Translations under genes and position numbers: made by a program | Notes under the pieces: model-generated | What the model saw: the letters and a program-made list of their open reading frames with translations, nothing else | Database searches by the model: none | What the model was told of the DNA's origin: nothing | From: Owenia fusiformis | Taxonomy: Eukaryota | DNA: 64,000 nt | Reading direction: 5' to 3' | Assembly (NCBI GenBank): GCA_903813345.2 | Contig: CAIIXF020000001.1 | Span: 46,314,001-46,378,000, forward strand | In this document: positions 12,101 to 54,089 of the stretch, piece by piece | How the letters are laid out: every line of letters begins with the position of its first letter | Numbering within the stretch: the first letter of the stretch is position 1

Positions 12101-14266
12101 TTTTAAAAAGATAGTTCTATTTTCAGGGTGATGAAGTCAATCCAGAGAGTATAGAGGATATGTTTAAAAATATACTTGACATTAATGAAAGCTACCTAGA
12201 AAAAACTCATCAGTATGATAAACATTTTGAACGGCATTCAAAAACAACTCAAGAGCTTCAGTTGAAACACCAAGCTCTGGATGCCTTCAAGGAAACTGTC
12301 TCCGTGTTCCAAGATCAGATGAACTTACACGAACAATTCCAAAAAGAGGCTGCGCCTAATGAAATACAAAAGTAAGAATTTTCGAAATTGTTCATTAATC
12401 TTATAAGATGTCAAAAAAGATATTAGGAAACTATTATACAATATGGTATCTAATTTGACACATGAAAACACATGATAATGTAAGAACATTTGATTCCACA
12501 ATATCTAAAATATTTGGCCATTTTCTTTCCCCCAAGACTTCATGGTAAATGAACCATTAAATTCACCAGGTGTCATAGTAACAAAAATATGCAATGAAGG
12601 TTAATGCATTAATTAAGTTTTAATGTTCTTTATCATAATAAGTTTTATACAAAATTATATTTAAAGAAAAATACTCATATTAAATATGGAATTGTTTATC
12701 CTCATTAAATGTAATATTCCTATTGTTTCAGATTACAGGATAATTTTCTGTTACTACAAACGCGGCTTAATGATATCATAGAGAGTAAAAAGCGACTTGA
12801 AATTGATTTAAAAAACGAGACAACAGAAATACGTATGCTGATTGCAGAGATGAACAGCTTAAAACCTGAAATTAAAAGACTACATAAAAAACGAGAGCAA
12901 TACAGAAAGTAAGCAAATAAGATTTTTTGATTTTGCAAAAATTACTAAATAACAATCTTCAAATTGTTTTATTTTATAAATGATTGTTGAATGATTTTAA
13001 CTGTTTACTCAATTAGCTGAACATGTTGGAAAGAAGCCGACAGTAATTATTTTTAGAATTCTATCCCAGGCACCAAACTCAGTTTTTCGATTGCATACTA
13101 TTGACAAGATTACATGGCATTTTCCATGCAGATGCATATAATTATGCTGATTTGTTCTAATCATTCAGTATAGGTATGGTTCAAACATGGGAATTTCTGC
13201 TTGATAGAATCCCCATTGTTTAAATGAGAATGACATTAGTAGACATGTTAACAATTCTATTTTCAGATGGCTTATTGACAATGGTGTTAGGTCTAGTGAG
13301 ATAGATAAACACCTTGAGGAGAATTACAATGAGGGGGAGAGGAACCTTGTGTCCACCCCCCAGACCACCCTTGAACGCCTCCCCCACTACGACCAGAGCA
13401 CATGGCTAGTAGAATGCGGGCGAGAAGATGCAATAAAGTTACTCACTCGGAAACCAAACGGAACATTTTTAATACGCAAAAGTAAAACTCAACGTGGCTG
13501 CTTTGCGCTGTCTATTGTGTAAGTATTTACATTGTCAAACAGTCCTAAATGAACCCTTTGAAATGAAAAAAATAAACCTATTAATCGAATAATATTAAAA
13601 ATGTAGTTCTTAGTGTTTAAAATTGCACTAAACACTGTAAATACCCCAAAATGATAAAGATAACTCAAAATCCTTCCCTCAAAAATATGCCATTTTTTAG
13701 AATCACGTCAATTCGTCGCCATAGTCTTACATTATACATTATTGTATTGGCACTCATCAGATAACACTGATATAAATAAACATAATTTTTGTTATTGGTA
13801 TTATATATTTATTTCTTCATTAAACATACATTTTTTTCGTAATACGTCTAGACTTATTTTGACTACACAATTAGAATAACATTTTTAGATATGAAGGCCT
13901 GTTACCACGGCAGAGATAGATATGCATAGATGATAGACTATATTTAAATATTACATGGTTACATTTCAATGTTTATAATTGTAGTGTTAATTAAAATTGA
14001 ATAAAACTAACACTAAAATAAAATTAAAATAATTTTTTTATTTATATATTTTCAGGCATCAAGGTGGTGAAATAGGGAATTGTATTATAAAGAAAACAGA
14101 GACTGGGTTTGGATTTACTGAGCCATACTGCATTCACGAAACACTTCTAGACTTAGTGGTTCACTACCAACAGGTGTCACTAGCTGAACATAATGACCAG
14201 TTAGATGTAACATTAGCATATCCAGTATTGGCATCTCAGGAGGTTGTATATGCTCGAATGAATTAA
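145..14266 (+). CDS. PIK3R1: Class IA phosphoinositide 3-kinase regulatory subunit (p85/PIK3R-like), 5'-incomplete; C1, RhoGAP(BH), nSH2, iSH2, cSH2 domains
   Basis: Exons 145-168 (tentative), 4189-4231, 6739-6855, 7597-7695, 8509-8697, 9087-9218, 10167-10374, 10644-10732, 11036-11255, 11570-11750, 12127-12371, 12732-12908, 13267-13518, 14056-14266 join by GT-AG in one open frame. p85 motifs: [84 protein letters not shown]. The symbol denotes the family, not one-to-one orthology. Confidence 0.93.
905..1679. mobile_element. CpG-rich DNA-transposon-like relic (possibly Kolobok-type), interrupted at its right end by the 1680-2945 element
   Basis: Starts AAGGTATA; removing the nested insertion restores the end GTGTACCTTAA; TIR match is short and imperfect. 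Confidence 0.35.
1680..2945. mobile_element. Non-autonomous hAT-like element with 5-bp TSD and internal satellite
   Basis: TIRs CAGGGCCGTAG / CTACGCCACTG; CCTTA on both sides (1675-1679, 2946-2950). Confidence 0.75.
2440..2900. repeat. 20-bp tandem minisatellite (AAAATTTAAGCAAATTTGGC)n
   Basis: Near-perfect copies at 2640-2900, degenerating leftwards. Confidence 0.9.
4189..4231 (+). CDS. p85 exon ([14 protein letters not shown])
   Basis: TTTTTCAG acceptor, G|GTAAGG donor; phase 1 end matches the C1 exon. Confidence 0.7.
5911..6040. repeat. Degenerate ~20-bp tandem repeat (GTAAAACCTATTTAAAG-like)
   Basis: About six diverged units starting TACAGTAAGACCT, resembling a pogo-type terminus. Confidence 0.55.
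6428..6566. mobile_element. Palindromic hairpin MITE with a central GCCC-TTC-GGGC loop
   Basis: Arms ACAAATATTGA...AATACCCGTATATATTTCTG and CAGAAATATATACAGGTATT...TCAATATTTGT. Confidence 0.7.
6739..6855 (+). CDS. p85 exon, C1 domain N-half
   Basis: [32 protein letters not shown]; an in-frame alternative acceptor at 6757 is possible. Confidence 0.88.
7597..7695 (+). CDS. p85 exon, C1 domain C-half
   Basis: [18 protein letters not shown] completes the C1 Cys/His pattern. Confidence 0.9.
7848..8280. mobile_element. Hairpin-headed non-autonomous element
   Basis: ~70-bp-arm palindrome at 7848-8002 centred on GAGCGTAGCGAG, followed by a segment bounded by TTTATTCCATAGTT (7999-8012) and AACTATGGAATAAA (8267-8280). 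Confidence 0.7.
8509..8697 (+). CDS. p85 exon, RhoGAP/BH start
   Basis: SIFGITL...[20 protein letters not shown] junctions in frame. Confidence 0.9.
9087..9218 (+). CDS. p85 exon, RhoGAP/BH
   Basis: [18 protein letters not shown]hoGAP motif. Confidence 0.92.
10167..10374 (+). CDS. p85 exon, RhoGAP/BH
   Basis: [16 protein letters not shown]...[12 protein letters not shown]. Confidence 0.9.
10644..10732 (+). CDS. p85 exon, end of RhoGAP/BH
   Basis: [29 protein letters not shown]; phases match both neighbouring exons. Confidence 0.88.
11036..11255 (+). CDS. p85 exon, Pro-rich linker and nSH2 start
   Basis: [37 protein letters not shown]. Confidence 0.95.
11570..11750 (+). CDS. p85 exon, nSH2 end
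   Basis: [12 protein letters not shown]...[31 protein letters not shown]. Confidence 0.95.
12127..12371 (+). CDS. p85 exon, iSH2 coiled coil
   Basis: [23 protein letters not shown] resembles the p85 iSH2 helix. Confidence 0.92.
12732..12908 (+). CDS. p85 exon, iSH2
   Basis: [20 protein letters not shown]. Confidence 0.93.
13267..13518 (+). CDS. p85 exon, cSH2 start
   Basis: LPHYDQSTW...[20 protein letters not shown]. Confidence 0.93.
14056..14266 (+). CDS. p85 last coding exon, cSH2 end and YARMN tail
   Basis: GFGFTEPY...[40 protein letters not shown]. Confidence 0.93.
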
Positions 14267-17063
14267 TCTGTTGTGAATGGGAATAAGATTGGATAATGAA
14301 ATCATGTTATACTCCATACTATGTATATACGAAAGTGACAATTTTACACCTGAATGAATGACAGACTAGTTGTAATGTTCCTGTACATACTGAGATTATG
14401 ATCTTATCTGTACGAGATGATCTGGCCATGGACCAACAGCTACATGTAGGCCCTATATGCTTGCTGCATAGCATGATCAGTTTGGGCTAGAACATTGGCA
14501 CCTTGGGAGCGCAAGATATGGATTTCATGTATGAGATACTTTGGATATCCTTGTCATCTTGTGTCAATCATCCTAGATTAGCCTATTATGTAATGATGGT
14601 AAATTATCATGTAATGAAGATAGCCTATCATGTCATCAGGGCAGCTATCTTGTAAAGTAGGCTGCCAGTTATGTAATTAGGAAAGCGCAGTTGTAAGAGT
14701 GGACGCTTTTTCCAATGATATTTGTGTATTTAGTCTTATTGACTGTGATTCTGCATACAGGGTTGAAACGTAATGTATGGCAGCAGGCTTATATATTCAA
14801 CTAAGGTAGGCCTAGTGTATAAATATGAGTATGATATTTCATTGTATATGGTCTACCTTACTCTCGGCTGAATAACAGCTTGACTTGATTCAACATTATT
14901 AACCCTTTCATGCCAGGGATTTTAGTTTTATAATTACTTACATACATGTACTGTAGATAATACTAGATGTAACTTAGATTTGATTGTAAGGAACACAATT
15001 TAAAACAATAAGCCGAATGTATATTTGATATTTCTTAGTCTATAAAATTATACACCAAAGGGCACAGCAAAAATATGCTGTATCAGATGAACCTGTCAGC
15101 ACATAATAAAAAATGAGGTTTTATATATTCATTCACTTATTCAACGGATCAACTTTTTTTAATCTTTTATTTTTCAGTTTGATTTGACTTTGAATGAGAT
15201 TATTGAAATATTCTTATCAGACCCAAATACAATGAACATTAAACTAAACTTGTAATTCTAAGAGAGATACTGATTCAGGCAGGTAATTTGTGTCATTACT
15301 GGTGAACCTCATCTATTGAAATACTACCATGGGAATTTATGTACATGTATCAGATTACAAGGACAATCCCTGCTTCATTTCCCATATTAATGTGTATATT
15401 GTAAATATGGTAAATATACAATTAGCTGTATATGTTCACTTATATGCAAGTTTTCATTCTATTGAGGCGAATGTCTTTTACATATTTTAAATGTTTTATG
15501 AGTGTGCCACGGATATTCACCAAAAATAGAATGAAATATTTGTTTTATTGTATCACATGAGGAAACTGCACACATGTACTTTTGTGTCATGTGACCCTGG
15601 TTTGACCAATCAAAAATGGGCGTGCTTGGTAGTCGTGATATAATATTTTGTATGTCATTGCCCAATGCCCAACTCAATGACTAACTGATTATGGGCCATA
15701 ATATGGACATCCTCTCCAGAGCGTGTTTCACTTAGTTGAAATACATAACTTTACCTATATTATTAGATCCATTACCTCGTATTAGCACCTGTAAAATGAT
15801 ACATAATTTGCAGTCACTGATGATGAATAATGTACAGTATTTGTGTAATGTATGCTGAACAATGAACATGGATATGTGATTTAAAACACAGCAGGGCATT
15901 TATGATTCAGATTCCAATGAAATAGATTTTCAATAAGAAGAATATATTTATTTTGTAATATTTTAAAATGTAGAATAAATGAATATTATTTTTAAGGGTT
16001 AGCTACTATATAGGCAACTGTGATGTCATAAATCAGTAATGACTAAGTAAATTTTGTAGCGCCACAAAAGTCTACCATTGGATATATTTGATTGATTAAT
16101 CTGGGTATATTTAAAGAACTTTCTGGAATTAGCATGATTAATATTAATCATAGACTGAGACTTTGGAATTTTTATGATCGATTAAGTTGGTGATAAAAAG
16201 AAAAGTGTGAACTATTGTATTTCTAGTACTCTACAGGAAGTACATGTATGTAGAAAAGCTACTAGAGTAGTATTTTTCACGCATCTTATTTTTCATTGTA
16301 AATACCATATTCATCAAAGAATTATTAACTCCATGTAAATAAGAGTATAACTTGTATTATATGTATGTACAAAGGAATGCTTTGAAAAATCACTTATTAT
16401 TTTTTATTGTGTTCTAGTTGATGCTGTATGAGATTGTTTATGCTACGGAGCACACCGATTAAGAGATGCATTGAAATTTCATTGAAATGTTGCGACTAAG
16501 GATTCATTCAATTTGATCATAAACAAACTCTCTAGAGACAGGCTCTAATTACAAAAGTGCAATATTTGCTTATTCGAAGTTTGAAATTTCTAAAATTTCA
16601 ACTTTAAAAATGAGAGAATATTTTCAATGTTGTCTACATTCATATCTCATATAGCATCTACTTGGAAACGCAGACATTGTTAAAATGTTTTATTCAAAGT
16701 GCAAAGCAACAAACATTGTTTTATTTCAAATAGAAAACAACAGGTATTGTTTTATTTCACAAACATAACAACAGGCATTGTTTGATTTAACTGTGAAAAC
16801 AAAACTTAAGCGTTGTTTATGAATATATATTTTTTGTATGTTGACAAGTGAGAATGCAGTATTATTATTATAAAAGTTCCATGGAACTATAAAATTTGCA
16901 AACTTGGTTGATATTAGTGGACATTCAAAAAGTTTTGGGCCTTCTTTGTGTAAATTGTTGATATACTGTATGATTGTTTTACAGTTATATGAGGAATAAT
17001 TGCATGTAATGGAACTTACATTCACGAGCAAAATGTCAAAAAACGATATATTGAAGTATGAAT

Positions 17064-17076
17064 AATAAAGTTTATT
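17064..17076. terminator. Candidate bidirectional polyadenylation signal AATAAA-G-TTTATT
   Basis: AATAAA on + (17064-17069) abuts AATAAA on - (17071-17076), between the convergent p85 and PLK stop codons. Confidence 0.45.
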
Positions 17077-17752
17077 CTCTGATTTTAACTGATTGTTTAT
17101 GTTAAGTCAATATATACAGAATATAAAGTTTTATAACAAAAATATACATGTCATACAAAAATTTACAAACATAACGGCTATTTCATCAAAATCTTTCTTC
17201 AGGAGTGATATAGCCTAATATCAGAAATAAAATAACACTCAATAGAATCCCAAATATTTTGGAATTCTATTTCGAAAAACATAGGATGCAAAAAACTAAC
17301 ATAATATATCATTTGCACCTTTTGCACATTACTTTAAGCTGCAATTCTTAATGTCAAACCATGAGTCTTATTTAGCAAAAAAACTACATAAAGAATGGAT
17401 TTTTATTTAGCAAGTGCGTAAAAGTACATGTATCAGATCTTTACCTTTTGTATGTTGCACTCGCAGCTATAAATAAAAATGGTATAAAAATGCAACATAT
17501 TTGAAAATAGATATCACCAATAGCAATACCAAATTTCAAAAAAATCCACTGGGTGGAGTGTCCAGTTTTATTAAATGTGGTGGAATATATCTTCAGTGGA
17601 ATGTCAAATCAAATACAAAATGCATGCATGTAAAATACATATTGCTTTCATAAAGTTATTCAAGGCGTAAATACATTGTAGCTTTGAATACATATTGCTT
17701 TTTAAATTGTTCGATGCAATGCATATTGGTAATAATCAAACCCAAAAATGAA

Positions 17753-17831
17753 CATGGGCGTAGCCAGGGGGTGATAGGTGTGCAACACCCCAAAAATCGC
17801 ACCCCCTTGATAATTGCTGAATACGTCCTTG
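17753..17831. mobile_element. Tiny decayed hAT-like MITE in the inferred PLK 3' UTR
   Basis: CATGGGCGTAGCCAG ... CTGAATACGTCCTTG; flanks ATGAA/AGGAA (4 of 5 match). Confidence 0.55.
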
Positions 17832-19137
17832 AGGAATGAGCTCACTGCAATGTAATTGGAATTCAGGTTTGTCTCATATAATGTAAAAAATATAGGAACA
17901 TGCTTGAATTGTTGATTCCAAAAGGCACAAAAATACTATGGAATGGAACCTCTTCCCCACAGTTAGGTAGGAGTAAGAGAACATGTCAAAAAAGATCATT
18001 AACCTCCCTAATTTCTTTTTAGCATGCTATCGAATCATTCTAAACAAAAAATATTATTCACTTAGAAGCAAACAGTGGGTGTTCTTTTTGACACATTCTA
18101 TGTTGTACTGAACGCTATGTATCAGCATTTTGATTGGATATACACCCCGTACTTGAAACATACATATCAATTGCTATTAAATTGTGTACATCTTATTTGT
18201 GCATTGTTTGTGGCATTGCCTTGTGTTTGAGTATTGCATCCTCCTAATAATTTCTCATATCATTTTTATCTTATATCACTGATTTATCTGAGGAGACAGA
18301 TCAGGGAATAACATTAGTGCTACCCTTTGGGCCAGTTAGTTTGATGTAATTTGAATGCATGTGTACAAAATAACATAACACCTAGACCATTTTGAATTTT
18401 GACCAAAAGGTCTAAAGTACAAAAGTATAAAGCAAGCACCCTGGTGCAAGTGCATGTTCGTTCAGCTGTATTTCAAATTGCGATTTTTAGTTGAACTGAT
18501 TATTAACATAATGCAAGTTCACTGCAATGACTTGAATGTTCTTTGAGTTTTTCCCTGAAACGTGCTAGTATCTGTCTGTCTGTGTAGAGTATGCATCACC
18601 ATGTAATGCTTTTAGGCAGAATATCTGATTCCTTTAAGGTTTTAGTTCTGTCCAAGGTTAATGCTTAACAAGCTCTTAACATAACACATACTAAACTGAG
18701 CGAGGGTCATTAACAGAAACTTTGTAAATTCAAAAATTCCTAAATAAATTGTTGTAACCATGGATATAATGACATCATAGTAAGAGAACAATGAACTTTA
18801 GGAATCCTTACCTACACAAAGCTGATGTTAATAACCCCCTGGTCTACAGACTCCTACTTATCTTACTAACGACCATTTTGAACCACATTTTGATTTGGTC
18901 AATAACCTCATCCTTAGAGTTGGATGAAAAATCAATTTGTAAAGAGATCACATTATTTAACCTAAAACGGCTCCATCTATTGGTCCACATTCCAATCTGC
19001 CAATCACTGTGGCTAGCAGCATCACTTTTGTAATGTTTGAGATGATAAACTCAAAATCCAACTTAATCATACCAGTTAATCACACAATTTTGTGATAGCC
19101 GCCAAAAGCATTTCGGGGAAACAAAAATGTTGAAATT

Positions 19138-49161
<30,024 letters not shown>

Positions 49162-49491
49162 TATATAACTTAAAACAAATTGTTCACTTAGACTGTTCTA
49201 AGGGTTCCCTCCAAGATATCCTCAAAGGTTTTCCACGAAGATATCCTCAGGTTAGTCCTGCTTTACAAGTGTGGCAATCCTCTCCTCTCTTATGTCATGG
49301 CATATCCTATCAGATAAAAGGATTTCTGAAATTTTATATGACAGCAGATGAGAAGAACGTTATAACCTAACTTGGACCGTCTACAAATTGAAATAATGGC
49401 TTTAACAAATTCTAAAATAGAACCATTTACAGAAATGTCTTATCTTGATTTTAAAAGTCTTTATCATCAGTTTGTCTGCTAAAATGCTTTA

Positions 49492-52400
49492 TAGACAGGT
49501 TCCAATTCAAATAATTCAAGTTTTTGAGGCATTTTTTAGAAAAAGCAACAGACCTATTTTTACTAGATAAGTTTTTCATGCTGATAAAGATATTAAAAGA
49601 TGACAGCTCAACGGGGTGGTCACGACACTAAATTTTGGCATTTTTACCCCCCTAGGAAAATAATCTAGGGGGTACTATGAAACTAGTTCATAACTCAAAG
49701 GATATATGAGCTATTGTTCTGAGTTGTACACCATACATTGCTAGTACAAATACGAATACTATCCTAAAGTTATAGGTTGATACCCTTATTGGTCTCAGAA
49801 AAATACAAAAAACAGGAAAAAGATACGCAATTTTTGTCTTGCCAATTTCATATTTGTAGCTTCAAGCACAATATGACAGCTTTAACAGCTCATAGTAGTA
49901 TTCTAAAAACATTTCCAAGCTATGTGTGGTATTGTAATACATCTTTTTTAGTTATGCAGTACTATTTTGTAATTTTAATATGACTTTATAGTGCCCTACC
50001 CCTGGAAAATTGAAGAAAGTGGATGTGGTGAATTTTATCATTTTGCAGCATTAAGTTAGAAACATGTATTGATAGACACCAAATCAATAAATTCATACCA
50101 TCATCAAATGTAAGGTGACATTCTAATTCATTTATTACTAGAATATAGGACTTAAGATATTTTATATGTAAGTTTTCAATTTAGTACATGTATCATAATG
50201 AAATCTAGTGTAATCACATACTAGAGAGGTTGGCATACAGTCTGGACATTGACATAAAGTCTAAACATTATAATCATCAATTGATCTCATTTGAGCAACT
50301 AGACTATGGTGGTCATCATGCACAAGTAATGTACAGTAGAACCTGCTAAGTGGAACACCTCTGTAAGTGGAACACCTCCCAAGTGGAACGCCTTTTCAAA
50401 GTCCCGTTTTAAAAACCCATTGACTTAATGTTAATTGAACCTCTGTAAGTGGAACACCTCCAAACTTGAACAGTGAACCATACATATTGAAAAATTAACC
50501 TGCTAAGTGGAACAGTCAATTTCCATAGATTTCAATATTGATATATGTAAACAGAATTAATCTCCTTCAATGATATCTGGGTATGAAAACAGGTAATACT
50601 GTGATAATTGGCAAATTAGGACTTTAATGGATTTTAATGGATTAACCTCCTGTAGAGGTCAACATGTGATGTAATGTGATAATCGTTGTACCTGAGACTG
50701 GCACAATTAGGAGGATTAAGAATGTCAGAAAACATTTTTGGCAGAATGAGGAGGATTAAGAATGTCAGATACCTTTTTGAGTAAAATAAATAGATTATTA
50801 ATGGTATATACCTGCCCTGTAATGAAGGGAGAATCATATTTCCAATGATACATATTAATCCTATATTTGATCTTGTATGTTCCCTGCGAACCCAAAACCT
50901 CCATAAGTGGAACACCTTCTAAGTGGAACGCTTTGTGGCAGAATGGAGAGTGTTCCACTTACACAGGTTCTACTGTATTTACATAATAATGTTATAAAGG
51001 AGCATGTAGGTTATTGCAAACAACTCCAGACAATTCTAACTTGAATTATGAATATTTTCTGACCATGAACATGGGTATATCTTTTAGATCTATTCATTAT
51101 CTTCAAGAAAAGTAAATATAATGATTGAAATCAGACCTAAGTGATATTAAAGGGAATGGCCCAATCAACATACTTTTTACTAAAAATGTTGACCTAATTA
51201 CCAAAGATGCAACCTTTAATTATATTGTTGAATGCATAATTAGAATATGCTTTGAGACATGTTCTATTTCCTAAGAGGAAAAGTGGATTGCTCCAGGGAC
51301 TTTAAAGACACCAAATTGTTAACATTGTTAAAATGATGGCATTTTTGGTGAAATGAGGTCAACAACTTTGAAAAAATATATTGATGGGTTGATTGCTAGT
51401 GAAATATCTCTGAGTCCGATTGACTTTATTATCCCTGTATACCTGTCTTCATGGTCAGAAAATAGTCATAATCAAAGATATAACTGTCTGAAATTGTTTG
51501 TGATTACTTACCTGAACCTTTCCAGGTCAAATCAGGAGTGACAAAATTATTTCCACCAAATTTTTGACATGTCTTCAAATACGATAATATTTTCTTCATA
51601 AGATAGAGTGTCACTTGTGAGATTTATTGATTGACCTGAGATCATACCACATCTTTATGACATAGAAGCGAAATAGCCATATTGAACTTTAATGATGTTT
51701 GTTTAATTGTTGTTTGCCACTTTTCGACAATTGTCGACAATTGTCAAAATTTGGGGGTTCTGGGGGAGGGGTACAATTAGGTTAAAAAATTCACCTGATT
51801 CAGACTATCCTTAAATGAGCACTGATTCACCCGAGAGCATAACTTTTTCAAACCATGTAAGTGTTATTTTTGGACCACTCACATTAATGTTTCGTCTAAT
51901 TTTCCCTCAGAGTTTCATCATCATTGTCCAAATCTTAGGCCATATTTGTTGAGATATATGAATGTTCATTATTAAAATCTTGCCTTCCTTTGCAGTTGGA
52001 AAAGATTCGGCATTAGGTGTTATAAGTCCCAGAGCACGATAAATAAATAATAAAAATAACAACAAAATGTCATAGAACTGATAGACGTTTTCTCTTGTGC
52101 GTGTCAGCCATGGTCTACCAAATTGCTATTCAGTAGGAAGAAACTCATTTTTAGTTTGTTCCTGACAAATAGAGCGATCATCTCAGGATTTTTTCTATGA
52201 TCTATGTGTTGCCCTAGCAACTTCTGTTTTAGAGAACAATAGAACAATAGAAAAGATTACTTTACCATAATTTTAATCATCCCACATTGTAGACATATTT
52301 AGAATTAAAAATATGAAGAGAATGACAAAACCTCTTAAAACACATTTCTTAGGAAACAAATAGTGTCGTATTCTTGTTACTATGGCAACAGAGTTTTTTC

Positions 52401-53265
52401 TTTTTTTTCATTTTTGTCATACAGATTACCTATCATACCAGGACCAAATCCTGAAAATTTGAATTCAGTATCTTCATTAGTATTTTAGATATATAGGTTT
52501 CTTATAGTATCTCCTGCAGATTTTATCGGAGTATAAGGAAAATGCTCTGAAGAGGGTTGCCCAAGGATGCCACTTAACAGTATTTTTGAGGTCCCAACCC
52601 TCTATTCATGGTAATAGTTAACCATTGTAAAGCTTCTCATGGTTAACTGACAGAATTGATTGTATCTTCAACTAAGAAGACAGTAAAATGTTATAAAACC
52701 AGAAAAAAACACACCAACTTTCTTCTATTTACCAGGGGTAGGGCACTATAAAGTCATATTAAAATTACAAAATAGTACTTCATCACTATAATAGATGTAT
52801 TACAATATCACACATAGCTTGGGAATGTTGTTAGAATACTACTTTGAGCTGTTTAAGTTATCATATTTTGCTTGAAGCTACAAATATAAAATAAGCAAGA
52901 AAAAAAATAACAAAAATTGCATATTTTTTTCTAATTAATTGTATTTTTCCAAAACCAACAAAGATATCAACCTATAACTTTAGGGTAGTATTCATCTTTG
53001 TACTAACAATGTATGCTGTAGAACTCAGAACAATAGTTTATATATCCTTTGAGTTATGAACTAGTTTCATAGTACCCCCTAGAATATTTTACTAGGGAGG
53101 TAAAAACGCTAAAATTCAGTGTCGTGACCACCCCGTTGAGCTGTCATCTTTTAATATCTTTATCAGCATGAAAAACTGATCCAGAAGAAATAGGTCTGTT
53201 GCTTTTTCTAAAAAATGCCTCAAAAACCCTTTCCCTTGAGATATTCTGAAATTGGAACCTGTCTA
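49492..53265. mobile_element. 3.8-kb non-autonomous long-TIR DNA transposon (Academ-like)
   Basis: ~530-bp inverted repeats (49492-50020 vs 52717-53265); ends TAGACAGG / CCTGTCTA; 3-bp TTA on both sides; no intact ORF. Confidence 0.85.
50334..50975. mobile_element. pogo/Tigger-like MITE nested in the long-TIR element
   Basis: TA-CAGTAGAACCTG ... CAGGTTCTACTG-TA; repeated AAGTGGAAC motifs. Confidence 0.88.
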
Positions 53266-53859
53266 TTAGTCTGTTTAAGAAAGTGTCTGAGAAAAAACTA
53301 AAATGACTCAATTTGTCAATGTTATGATCCAATGAGCAAATTCACTAAGTAGGAAGTGAGAGATTTACTATTGAAATCCTTGCATTTTTTACCTGTGTAT
53401 CAATTACCCTTTGATGTTACCTGAATTTACCTGTGTTTATCTCCATTGTTTGTATTCAATGTTTATAATAGGTGACTCATATATAAGTACAAAAATGTTA
53501 ATTCCACATGAGTTTGCCTTTCTCATTCATTTCAATTCAATAAAAATGTGTTATACTTGAGTCAATGATTCTCTATGACTTGCCTTTACAAATTTGTATC
53601 CATGTTTTTCTTTCTCACGTTTTCTCTAATAGACACTCTATTATTCACGCTAAATCATGGTTATCCATAGACGTGTTCGTAAGATGTCCTTGGACATGTA
53701 ATTCGATTTATGAACCATCCCATAGAGGTACAGAGGCTGTAGATAATGCTCAAGTGGAATGAAAATTGGAAAACAGACCGAGAAAAATGTAAGACCAAGT
53801 TGACCTACCTTTTCAGCTAAATGAACGATTGATAGCTGTCCCAAATTCTGTATTGTGTA

Positions 53860-53945
53860 CTCGGTCATGTGACCCATAATGTACTTGGTCACGTGATTTA
53901 AATCCCTTCGAGGTTTACCCATAAGGTGATACATGCCTTATATGG
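53860..53945. promoter_or_regulatory. Motif cluster near the PLK 5' end: CArG box plus two E-boxes
   Basis: CCTTATATGG at 53936-53945 fits CC(A/T)6GG; GTCACGTGA at 53888-53896; GGTCATGTGACC at about 53862-53873. Confidence 0.45.
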
Positions 53946-54089
53946 TAAAGTAGGCGGCGTTAGTGTATTTTAAATGGACAGTTCATGAAATCGAGTAGGC
54001 TGTGACATCTATTTTTCCTTTTGATGAAAAATAGTATTACGCCAGAGATACAACATACTAAAGGGGGGCCCACTAAAAAAATCACATAC

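Noticed and set aside
13345..13365. S-T-P polo-box docking motif in p85 (VSTPQ) suggesting interaction with the neighbouring PLK
   Set aside because: A three-residue motif is too common, and gene adjacency is not evidence of interaction
17100..19137. AU-rich elements in the PLK 3' UTR
   Set aside because: Only scattered ATTTA, as expected in AT-rich DNA
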